From: a virus
Length of the DNA: 64,000 bases
Reading direction: 5' to 3' (one strand)
Virus record (IMG/VR): IMGVR_UViG_3300045988_135886
This document shows, in pieces, positions 43,882-51,326 of this stretch. Every line of letters starts with the position of its first letter. Within the stretch, counting starts at the first letter, position 1. The position numbers were made by a program, and so were the translations under genes. The notes below the pieces were generated by a model. The model made no database searches. It saw only the letters and a program-made list of their open reading frames with translations, and was not told the DNA's origin.

Positions 43882-45167
43882 ACAGTTTCCTCCTCAATAA
43901 TTTCTTGTGCCTCTTCCATATCCGGTGTATCAGAGGAATCTTTTATCAATCCTTCAAGGACCTTGAAAGTGAAATTCTTGTGCTTATAAGCCTTAAAGCT
44001 ACTTCTATTATCAATTCTTACAACTACACCTTCTCTAACATGTGTCACCCCTATTGGATCAGGCCCATCATAATATTTTTCCACACGCTCCATAAGATCT
44101 TCTTTAGTAGTAAACAGGAATTTATCAAATTCAGGTACATGTTTAACTCCTAAACGATCACACCAATTCTTTACTTCTTCCCATGGAATCTCTGTAATAA
44201 CTCCATCTTCATTGGTCATAGTCATTCTATAAACATAAATATCAGAAGTACCAGGAGTACACCCATAAGAGAACACTGTTTCATCACCGTAAAGCTTCTT
44301 AACTTCTTTATCTTTAATTTTAGCGTTGGAACAGGTTCCCATAATGGTCTGCTCTGTACCATCAACCCATCCTACAATTTCATAAAATACTTCCATTCCT
44401 TTTGGCAGTCTGTCAATAAAGTAGTCATGATATTTCTGTCTAAATTTATCATTCCCATAGTAACCGCCTTCAAATACAACTCTTCTTGTTCCAGTAACTA
44501 TTTTCCATTCTTTGATAACAGGAGCCGGTCTACAAAAAAGTTTCTGTAGTAGAGTCTTTTTCTTAGTAGTTACTTCTATTGCATTTGCTGTTCGACCAGA
44601 TGTGCCATGCATTTTCAAAGTAATGTAACAAGTATCTCCTGGTTTAAAGGCATTTAAGTTATATGCTAACTGTTCTGTATCAGCATGTTCTTTAAAATAA
44701 GGAAATTTGTTTTTTAAATTTGGAGTTTTTACTTTCGGACCATTGTTAGATTTTTTATGATTTGATCTTGGAATATATTTTTTACAGATAACTGTCCCAT
44801 TAAGTACAGTAATTTGATCTCCTAAAGATAACTTATTTATATCAGTCCATTTGCTAAGAGATTCTACTGGTAAAACCAATCCTTCTGATTTTTCACCTCG
44901 CAGTCTCATAGCTTTAATGTTTCGTTTTACAGGATCAAGATATCCACCTGTAGTTGTTCCATCTTCATTTTTAATACGCAGCAAATTGTTTTCTTTTGCA
45001 AATTCTTCTCCTAGCTGACCATCAACCGGGAAAAATACAACTTTCTGCCCTTCGTAATAACTTAAATCAACAATAACCGTATTTCCAAAAACGGTACCAA
45101 GCTGGAGCCTATCAGCATTGCTGTGTTTACGAAGTTGCTTAAGCTCAGTAATGTAAGCACAATACAT
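43878..45167 (-). CDS. ATP-dependent RNA ligase-like nucleotidyltransferase with an N-terminal OB/tRNA-binding-like domain
   Basis: 'KHSNADRLQLGTVFGNTVIV' (tRNA_bind-like) and 'ITLKMHGTSGR' (lysine nucleotidyltransferase motif I, K-x-(D/H)-G). Confidence 0.5.
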   Translation of the reverse strand: MYCAYITELKQLRKHSNADRLQLGTVFGNTVIVDLSYYEGQKVVFFPVDGQLGEEFAKENNLLRIKNEDGTTTGGYLDPVKRNIKAMRLRGEKSEGLVLPVESLSKWTDINKLSLGDQITVLNGTVICKKYIPRSNHKKSNNGPKVKTPNLKNKFPYFKEHADTEQLAYNLNAFKPGDTCYITLKMHGTSGRTANAIEVTTKKKTLLQKLFCRPAPVIKEWKIVTGTRRVVFEGGYYGNDKFRQKYHDYFIDRLPKGMEVFYEIVGWVDGTEQTIMGTCSNAKIKDKEVKKLYGDETVFSYGCTPGTSDIYVYRMTMTNEDGVITEIPWEEVKNWCDRLGVKHVPEFDKFLFTTKEDLMERVEKYYDGPDPIGVTHVREGVVVRIDNRSSFKAYKHKNFTFKVLEGLIKDSSDTPDMEEAQEIIEEETV

Positions 45168-45322
45168 TAAGTATTGAATACCTCTTTCTCACTCATAATT
45201 CTCTTGCACAGATCAATTACATCTGTGTTGCCTCCTTTTACTTCGTTATATATTTTAGTAACACCATAAAGTTTTCCTATATGGAATCCTTTGTTATATG
45301 TATCAGTAATTTTCTTTTTCAT
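45167..45322 (-). CDS. Possible 51-aa protein (below the ORF-track threshold)
   Basis: 'MKKKITDTYNKGFHIGKLYGVTKIYNEVKGGNTDVIDLCKRIMSEKEVFNT'. Its stop overlaps the ligase ATG (TAATG). It fills an otherwise empty gap. Confidence 0.4.
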   Translation of the reverse strand: MKKKITDTYNKGFHIGKLYGVTKIYNEVKGGNTDVIDLCKRIMSEKEVFNT

Positions 45323-45333
45323 CTTTTTTCTAG

Positions 45334-45891
45334 TTATAAACACGTAGCTCCTCCTGTTATTTCTTCTAAAGTTCTAGGAGTATAATTCAGCAGCATTGCT
45401 CCGACATTATACATTTTACATGGTGTATTATATAGATTTTCCATTTCATACTTTGTTCTTTGCATCATATTATTTTCAAAACCTGTATGTACATGTCCAT
45501 ATAAATGATACCAACCATAGTAATGATTCTTAAAACAAGGAATCGGATAATGACAGAGAATAATACTCTCTTTTGGATTAAGGTATAGTTCTTTATAATC
45601 AACTATTTCTACAAACAAATTCTGTAAATCTTTGTTTTTCAGAATCTTATTATCATGATTTCCTTTTATTAAATGAATCCTACCATTTAGCTGGCTATAA
45701 TACTCTAATGTTTTAGTTGATCCATACCAACTAATATCTCCCAAAAGATAAACATCATCATCTAAGCCAACTACTGAATTCCAATTATTTTTAATAGTTT
45801 CATCGTTCTCTTCTATTGTCTTAAATGGTCTAGCATCGAATGCCAATGCATTTGTGTGACCAATATGTAAGTCTGAAATATAATAATTCAT
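45334..45891 (-). CDS. Calcineurin-like metallophosphoesterase
   Basis: The 'ISDLHIGH', 'LGDISW', 'GNHD' and 'GHVH' motif series. Confidence 0.7.
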   Translation of the reverse strand: MNYYISDLHIGHTNALAFDARPFKTIEENDETIKNNWNSVVGLDDDVYLLGDISWYGSTKTLEYYSQLNGRIHLIKGNHDNKILKNKDLQNLFVEIVDYKELYLNPKESIILCHYPIPCFKNHYYGWYHLYGHVHTGFENNMMQRTKYEMENLYNTPCKMYNVGAMLLNYTPRTLEEITGGATCL

Positions 45892-46040
45892 AAACTACTC
45901 ACCACAACACTAAGTATATCAATAACGCCAACAATTAGTAATATTATATAAAATCTTGTTCCATGTATCCCTATTGATGAACAATAAGCTCCTAGAATAC
46001 CCCAGCATAGAATATTCAAAATTGATAAAAATGTTTTCAT
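45888..46040 (-). CDS. Possible 50-aa membrane peptide (below the ORF-track threshold)
   Basis: 'MKTFLSILNILCWGILGAYCSSIGIHGTRFYIILLIVGVIDILSVVVSSL'. ATGA overlaps at both ends. Confidence 0.45.
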   Translation of the reverse strand: MKTFLSILNILCWGILGAYCSSIGIHGTRFYIILLIVGVIDILSVVVSSL

Positions 46041-46258
46041 AGCTCACCTACCCAATCCTCATAAATATTATCTGCATGTGCTTCAATGTCATCATGTAAC
46101 GTCTCTTCTGGATAATCAATAAGAGAATCTATTACATAAGAATCCATAACTAAACTTGATACTTTACTGTCTGACAACTGATATTTTGTTTTTAATGTAT
46201 CTTTCAAGGCTTCAATATAAGTTTTGGCACTTTTCGTAAGTTTTAATGCATCCGTCAT
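46037..46258 (-). CDS. Hypothetical acidic protein
   Basis: ORF in an operon context. No motif. Confidence 0.35.
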   Translation of the reverse strand: MTDALKLTKSAKTYIEALKDTLKTKYQLSDSKVSSLVMDSYVIDSLIDYPEETLHDDIEAHADNIYEDWVGEL

Positions 46259-46262
46259 CGTT

Positions 46263-47039
46263 CTACTCCTGTAATTTTCGTGCTGAATAACAAATTTCTT
46301 TATATTTCATGACTGCATCATACACTTCATCTGGAATTATATTTTTATATTGTTTGACGACAATTTCTATAATTTTCTTTTTAGCAATGTTATACGAATT
46401 ACTTGCTTCCTCTTCTGACTCGAAACGTCCCAAATAAATTTTTTCTCCATTAACTCCATTGCAACTTGCTATATATGCTCCAGACTTTATTTTTTGTACT
46501 CCTAAAGCATAATTACCTCTATCATTTTTTCTATCTAGCACAATTGTATTTAATCTATGGGGTAATAACAAACAGGTGTCGGGACTATATATTTTATTTC
46601 CAATAACTTTTATATCTTTGTCCAATTCAAGTGAGTCGTCCTTTGATAAGGCATATTTATGTTCGCTGTACCATTTTGCAAAATTTTGATAATTTTTCCA
46701 TTCGTCGCATACATAGCAATCAATATAATTTTGATTTTTAATATATTTATCGCTATAACATCTTGTTAACATAGATCCCCATTTTGTATATTCTTCTGTA
46801 TGAGAAACACCAACTTTAGTTTTAAAAGGACCATAACCTCTATAACCAACACCTAAATAAGTGGGAATATTATAGTTCATAATATTTCCTTTTTTGAAAT
46901 ATTGATAATAAGTGTGTCTCACAATAATTCCATCTTCGAATTGGATATCAATATCGTGGACATTTTTATATCTAATAATTTGCATCTTTAATCCTTGTTT
47001 ATTAATATTTTCTTCTCCGGTTCGGTCTATTTTTTGCAT
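46263..47039 (-). CDS. Free-standing AP2-domain homing-endonuclease-like protein
   Basis: The C-terminal 'YIASCNGVNGEKIYLGRFESEEEASNSYNIAKKK' is an AP2 DNA-binding signature typical of phage HNH/AP2 endonucleases. The nuclease motif itself was not confidently seen. Confidence 0.5.
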   Translation of the reverse strand: MQKIDRTGEENINKQGLKMQIIRYKNVHDIDIQFEDGIIVRHTYYQYFKKGNIMNYNIPTYLGVGYRGYGPFKTKVGVSHTEEYTKWGSMLTRCYSDKYIKNQNYIDCYVCDEWKNYQNFAKWYSEHKYALSKDDSLELDKDIKVIGNKIYSPDTCLLLPHRLNTIVLDRKNDRGNYALGVQKIKSGAYIASCNGVNGEKIYLGRFESEEEASNSYNIAKKKIIEIVVKQYKNIIPDEVYDAVMKYKEICYSARKLQE

Positions 47040-47041
47040 AG

Positions 47042-47887
47042 TTAATTCACCCTTATAATCTGTTCATACAAACAAATATCCTTATCAGAAACTGCAAGAT
47101 TTTGATGATAATGTCCAAAAATATTTTTTCTATAATCAACATTGCACCTTACTTCTTCCAGATAATTAGTTAACTTATCCGGTTTATACAATCCATGTGA
47201 TAATAATGCTGCTGTAGAAGAAGCTGTACAATGTGTTAGGATAAAATCTACTTTATTATCATGTTCTGCCAGGTTCTTTATACCTTCATCCATCTCTTCT
47301 TGATTCGGCATTTCTCGCTCCCACCATGAAATGTGATTGATGCGGTACATTTTATCCGGATCATCCCTCCATTCCTTTACTCTTGGATCGTCAATCTCTA
47401 ATACTCCATCTGAAATATCATGACTTGCAGCCCCTCCAAAGGTAAAGAATTTTAAATCGTCTATCTCAAACACCTGTCCTCTCATAAGATGAATTATTGA
47501 TGGTTTAATAAAATGCACCTTACCACCATGCCATTCTTCTACTGGATAAGAATCTAATATGTCGTAATTTTCATGATTACCATCAATAAAGAGTGTTGTG
47601 AAATGCTTCTCTTCAAGCCAATTCAAATACCATCTCTGTTGTGGTGAATCTCTCCATATCCCAAAATCTCCAAGAACAATTACATAATCATCTTTAGTCA
47701 TCTCTCTTTGTTCTGGGAACGAGTCCATATTTAATCTATGGATCCAACCCCCATGTGTATCACCCGTAATCCAAATTATTTCCACCACCTCCAACAATAT
47801 GTAGCGATTGAAAATCCTATAAGAATCATGAAATATGCTATAGGTATCGCAAAAAACATTTTCATAATTGAAATTAGTAAAATACAC
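47042..47887 (-). CDS. Calcineurin-like metallophosphoesterase (start uncertain)
   Basis: The 'ITGDTHGG', 'LGDFG', 'GNHEN' and 'GHYH' motifs. The track start overlaps the upstream membrane gene by ~110 nt. A TTG/GTG start near 47785-47797 is more plausible. Confidence 0.65.
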   Translation of the reverse strand: MYFTNFNYENVFCDTYSIFHDSYRIFNRYILLEVVEIIWITGDTHGGWIHRLNMDSFPEQREMTKDDYVIVLGDFGIWRDSPQQRWYLNWLEEKHFTTLFIDGNHENYDILDSYPVEEWHGGKVHFIKPSIIHLMRGQVFEIDDLKFFTFGGAASHDISDGVLEIDDPRVKEWRDDPDKMYRINHISWWEREMPNQEEMDEGIKNLAEHDNKVDFILTHCTASSTAALLSHGLYKPDKLTNYLEEVRCNVDYRKNIFGHYHQNLAVSDKDICLYEQIIRVN

Positions 47888-48018
47888 AGGTCTAATTTTT
47901 TATCCGCAATCATGTTTAATATTCTTACTACTGGCAAAAGCATTAACTTCCAACCACTACATATAGCTCCAATTACTCCACATATAGCAGAAATCCATCC
48001 CATGGTTTGCTTAATCAC
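47776..48018 (-). CDS. Small membrane protein
   Basis: GTG start 6 nt after TAGGAGGAA, with a GTGA overlap with the lipoprotein stop. Two to three hydrophobic helices. Confidence 0.5.
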   Translation of the reverse strand: MIKQTMGWISAICGVIGAICSGWKLMLLPVVRILNMIADKKLDLCILLISIMKMFFAIPIAYFMILIGFSIATYCWRWWK

Positions 48019-48380
48019 TTAATTCCTCCTAAACTATCAATCCATTGTTTTACCTTGCCATTATCGTATGTTTTTGTAATCAATACGGCAGACACTGTTT
48101 GCCCTATTCTTCCATGATATTTACGATATGTACTTTCATCACTAAGTGAATATTCAGTTCCGTTATAATTTACCGTAATTTCATATTCAGCATAATCAGT
48201 TCGAAATTGCGGAACATGATTAACCATACCTGTAAAACGGGTTTCTTTAGGTTTATAATATTCATTTACAACTGTGACCTTCACGCTTTCCTCTTTTTTA
48301 TCAATGCATTTAGCGCAACCAGTTAATGTTGAAATACTTATCAATAAAACTCCTAAAATACTTAATACTTTCTTTTTCAT
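48015..48380 (-). CDS. Lipoprotein
   Basis: From ATG 48380: 'MKKKVLSILGVLLISISTLTGC', a signal peptide plus lipobox (LTGC). Confidence 0.65.
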   Translation of the reverse strand: MKKKVLSILGVLLISISTLTGCAKCIDKKEESVKVTVVNEYYKPKETRFTGMVNHVPQFRTDYAEYEITVNYNGTEYSLSDESTYRKYHGRIGQTVSAVLITKTYDNGKVKQWIDSLGGIK

Positions 48381-48550
48381 AAACTCTCTCCTACATTTGT
48401 AGTTAAGGTCCAATCTTTTTGAGTTCCATAAGGATAAGAACCATATGTTATAGTATTATCCTCAGTAGTTTCAGTTCTGGTCGTCTCCTCAATAAGATGA
48501 CCTTCTTTATCATATTTCTTAGTAGTTTCCGTAATCGTAGTTTTTACCAT
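48377..48550 (-). CDS. Small Thr/Glu-rich hypothetical protein
   Basis: The ATG at 48550 follows AAAGGAGG (the track start at 48583 lacks an SD). ATGA overlap with the lipoprotein gene. Confidence 0.4.
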   Translation of the reverse strand: MVKTTITETTKKYDKEGHLIEETTRTETTEDNTITYGSYPYGTQKDWTLTTNVGESL

Positions 48551-48691
48551 TGTCTCCTCCTTTATATTGACAAACCACCTCACCTAAAGTACAATACGAT
48601 TGATCCCAGGTCTGTACCGGGTGAGGATCTTCTGAATGGGTAATGTGATATGGGATTGTATCACACATTATTTTTGAAGGAGGTGTTGCCT

Positions 48692-48847
48692 ATGGCAGCA
48701 GATATCATAACTATACTTACTTGCTTTTGGCCGACATTACAATTCGTAGTTGTTAACGTTATCCTCACCCTACGCAGCCACCTCATTATTACTGACGCAA
48801 AATCCCTATATTCGCTGTTTTTTCTACTACCGTCAGTGTTGGTATAG
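48692..48847 (+). CDS. Candidate 51-aa hydrophobic peptide encoded antisense to the surrounding operon
   Basis: The ATG at 48692 lies 8 nt after GAAGGAGGTG. 'MAADIITILTCFWPTLQFVVVNVILTLRSHLIITDAKSLYSLFFLLPSVLV'. It is the only + strand candidate in >25 kb of minus-strand genes. Confidence 0.3.
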   Translation: MAADIITILTCFWPTLQFVVVNVILTLRSHLIITDAKSLYSLFFLLPSVLV

Positions 48848-48922
48848 CTCCACACCGTTATTTTTAACAGCACTGTAATTACAGCCGGCTCCTATCTCGC
48901 TATACGTTACCCTCATTATTAA

Positions 48923-49894
48923 TTATTTATTTTCAACAGTTGCTACATTGCCTGATGTTAATTCTCCTGCGTCAACAATTGTTGCAGCGTTTCCACCCTG
49001 TACCTTCGGCACATCACCATTCCATTTATCAATTTTCTGTTTCTCAATAAGCTCTGGAGTAAGAGACTCGGCAATTTTCTTATTTGCTTCTGCTTCAGCA
49101 TCCGCTTTAATTCTTGTTGCTTCCGCTTTACCTTCAGCAGTAATCTTCGCCTGTTCAGCCTCAATAGCGGCCTTTTCTTTATCCTGTTCTGCTGCAATAA
49201 GAGCAACTTCTTTATCTTTATCTGCCTGTACCTTTGCAGTCTTAGCTTCAATATTTGCAAGTTCCAGTTCCTGCTGTGCATTTACTTTCTTCTGAATAGC
49301 TGCCTGAGTTTCGTCATCGGTTGAAATCGAAGTAAAGTTTACAGTATCAATGATAATTCCATATGGCTCAAATTTCTTTTTTAAGTATTTGTCAAGTGCT
49401 TCATTCAGTTCCTGGCGTTTATCACCAAATACATCTGTTACCGGATACTTAGCAGTCACTTCCTGTGTCCACGCTTTCATCTTTGGTTTAATGAAAGTAT
49501 TTTTTACACTTTCTCCGGACTGACCTTTAAATTTTGTAAATACATCAGCAACTTGATCCTGATCGAACTTATAAGAGAATTCCAAATCAACAAGAAGCTG
49601 TTTTCCATCAGCAGTAGGTGTCTTAAAACTCTCATCTTTTGGTGAATCACCTTTATCTTCTGAAGTCAGATAAGACTGTTCAATACCAATTGAATACAGT
49701 GATGTTTTTACTGTAGGTGAAATCAAATTCCATCCCTGTGGAAGAGTATCTTTTGAAATTCCACCGTTCATCTTGTATTCTACAGCTACATAACCAGCAG
49801 GAACTCTTACTGTGCACTTTGCTATACAAATTAATCCTGCTGCAATTATTACTGCTAATCCAACCCCACCTAAAAAACCTTTTTTCTTTTTCAT
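48923..49894 (-). CDS. SPFH/Band-7 (prohibitin/HflKC-like) membrane scaffold protein
   Basis: N-terminal TM ('GGVGLAVIIAAGLICIA'), an SPFH-like core ('VPAGYVAVEYKMNGG..') and a C-terminal Ala/Glu/Lys coiled coil ('EAEQAKITAEGKAEATRIKADAEAEANKKIAES'). Confidence 0.65.
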   Translation of the reverse strand: MKKKKGFLGGVGLAVIIAAGLICIAKCTVRVPAGYVAVEYKMNGGISKDTLPQGWNLISPTVKTSLYSIGIEQSYLTSEDKGDSPKDESFKTPTADGKQLLVDLEFSYKFDQDQVADVFTKFKGQSGESVKNTFIKPKMKAWTQEVTAKYPVTDVFGDKRQELNEALDKYLKKKFEPYGIIIDTVNFTSISTDDETQAAIQKKVNAQQELELANIEAKTAKVQADKDKEVALIAAEQDKEKAAIEAEQAKITAEGKAEATRIKADAEAEANKKIAESLTPELIEKQKIDKWNGDVPKVQGGNAATIVDAGELTSGNVATVENK

Positions 49895-50061
49895 TACTCA
49901 TTCCCCTTATCTTTTTCTTTATTTTCTTCTCTATTTATTTCGTCTGTTGCATCTTTCCAAATTCTATACAAGAATCGTCCGAATGGATAAAACAATGCAG
50001 ATAATAGGAACCATAAAATTACTGCTCCAACCAATACTAAAAATACAAATACTGGATTCAT
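49894..50061 (-). CDS. Small single-TM protein upstream of the SPFH gene
   Basis: The ATG at 50061 follows GGAGAGAG. 'MNPVFVFLVLVGAVILWFLLSALFYPFGRFLY' followed by an acidic/basic tail. 1-nt overlap with the SPFH start. Confidence 0.45.
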   Translation of the reverse strand: MNPVFVFLVLVGAVILWFLLSALFYPFGRFLYRIWKDATDEINREENKEKDKGNE

Positions 50062-50071
50062 ACTCTCTCCT

Positions 50072-50323
50072 TTATAATTCAATACCTTCCATAACAGCTC
50101 TAGCTTCTAAGATAGCTAAATAGTTTGCCATAGCATCAATCTGAATATTATAAGTACTTCTTGGACATGTTGGCTCAAAACTAAGAGTTCCATTGTCCCA
50201 TTTAAAAAGCATAGACTGTAAACCTCTGAATCTAAGCATTAACTGATAATACTCAGCTTTAAATCTTTCTTTATAATCTGGGCTAACCATCATTTCTGTT
50301 GTTTCTTTTAATGTTTTTACCAT
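50072..50323 (-). CDS. Hypothetical protein
   Basis: The ATG at 50323 follows AAAGGAG. No motif that could be confidently named. Confidence 0.4.
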   Translation of the reverse strand: MVKTLKETTEMMVSPDYKERFKAEYYQLMLRFRGLQSMLFKWDNGTLSFEPTCPRSTYNIQIDAMANYLAILEARAVMEGIEL

Positions 50324-50474
50324 GTTATTTATCTCCTTTATGTTCTTTAATATCATTTACGAGTGTCCAAGTGAAAAAAGCTACTAGCATTAAACTAAAT
50401 AAATTTTTATAAGTAATAAGATCTACTAATGATATTGCTATAAAAATAGCATATCAAGGATGATAAAAAATTTG

Positions 50475-50897
50475 TTAAACTTCATTTAATTCATCTCTCA
50501 CTCTCATAAGTATCTTCCCAAGCCTATTTTCACCAACTCCATCTACAGTTCCCCAAATAGTGTCTCCCCAAGTATTACCCTCTTCCAAATATTCATCTCC
50601 TGTAGCAAGTAATTTTTCCTTAAGGTCTGGATTCTGAGTGAATTTAGCCAGTACGATTTCATACATTACTTTATCTTTCACTTCTTCCCAATCTGATCTC
50701 AAATCAATCTTTCTACCTGCTGCCTTTGCCTCTGATGGGCTAGCTTGAGAAAATAACTGGAATTTTAGTCTACGATTTTTTGTTTTCTGTGCTTGAAAAG
50801 CTGCTTCATTATTTGTATAGTCCCATCCGTTATAACTTACCGGTGCCATATAAAAGTTACTTAAAAAGTAATAATCTCCAGTAAAACTATTAATCAT
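50475..50897 (-). CDS. NADAR (YbiA/DUF1768) family protein
   Basis: 'YFLSNFYMAPVSYNGWDYTNNEAAFQAQKT' and '..GNTWGDTIWG' match the NADAR signature. The ATG at 50897 lies 7 nt after AAGGAAGGA. Confidence 0.7.
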   Translation of the reverse strand: MINSFTGDYYFLSNFYMAPVSYNGWDYTNNEAAFQAQKTKNRRLKFQLFSQASPSEAKAAGRKIDLRSDWEEVKDKVMYEIVLAKFTQNPDLKEKLLATGDEYLEEGNTWGDTIWGTVDGVGENRLGKILMRVRDELNEV

Positions 50898-50910
50898 TCT
50901 TTTTCCTTCC

Positions 50911-51093
50911 TTAATAATCACTACAAGTTACTGTCAAACTTACAAATCCATCATTTTGCTCAAAAGATGTAATAAGCTCATCTTTTACCAATTCTTCTAC
51001 TATATCTCTGTCAGTTATTTTTGTTCCAATTAATTCAGGATCAGTCAAGTTGTATTCAGCTTCTACAGTGATCACTCTTTTTGTTGGTATCAA
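50911..51093 (-). CDS. Small hypothetical protein (start unclear)
   Basis: The track start is TTG. The frame is open much further upstream but has no ATG/GTG/TTG there. Confidence 0.25.
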   Translation of the reverse strand: MIPTKRVITVEAEYNLTDPELIGTKITDRDIVEELVKDELITSFEQNDGFVSLTVTCSDY

Positions 51094-51200
51094 AATTTCT
51101 TTCTCACATGCATCATCAATTGGTTTATTTAATATTCTTTTTCCTCTTTGCGTAATATCACCTCCATATTTTATTTCATTGTTTAACCTCCTTAAGTGTA

Positions 51201-51221
51201 GGTGAGGAATCGAACCTCACC
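51201..51221 (-). other. tRNA T-arm-like hairpin (not an intact tRNA)
   Basis: The minus strand reads GGTGAGG-TTCGATT-CCTCACC, a perfect T-loop consensus. No D arm or anticodon arm could be folded upstream. Confidence 0.4.
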
Positions 51222-51326
51222 TTAACCTTTTGTTACTACACTTATTTTCTCTTCCCTACAAAGAACCCAACTAAGAAACAGGCTAATAAGCATACCGCAA
51301 ACACGCCTATATTCAACACTATCATT

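Noticed and set aside
48661-48873. Minus-strand ORF 48661-48873 in the 372-nt gap.
   Set aside because: It has no SD and a non-ATG start. Its translation has no hydrophobic or structural pattern, and it overlaps the repeats and hairpins. The + strand ORF with a strong SD, or an RNA element, is the more interesting interpretation.
51150-51190. A programmed frameshift linking the SD+ATG-AAA-TAA mini-ORF to the open frame of the 50911-51093 gene.
   Set aside because: No convincing slippery heptamer or downstream structure is present, and the required shift direction does not fit the AAA-TAA context. It is too speculative.
51190-51265. A tRNA gene suggested by a perfect T-stem/T-loop.
   Set aside because: The best acceptor pairing gives only ~66 nt with a 1:72 mismatch, and no D arm or 7-nt anticodon loop can be folded. 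It is reported as a tRNA-like remnant or hairpin only.
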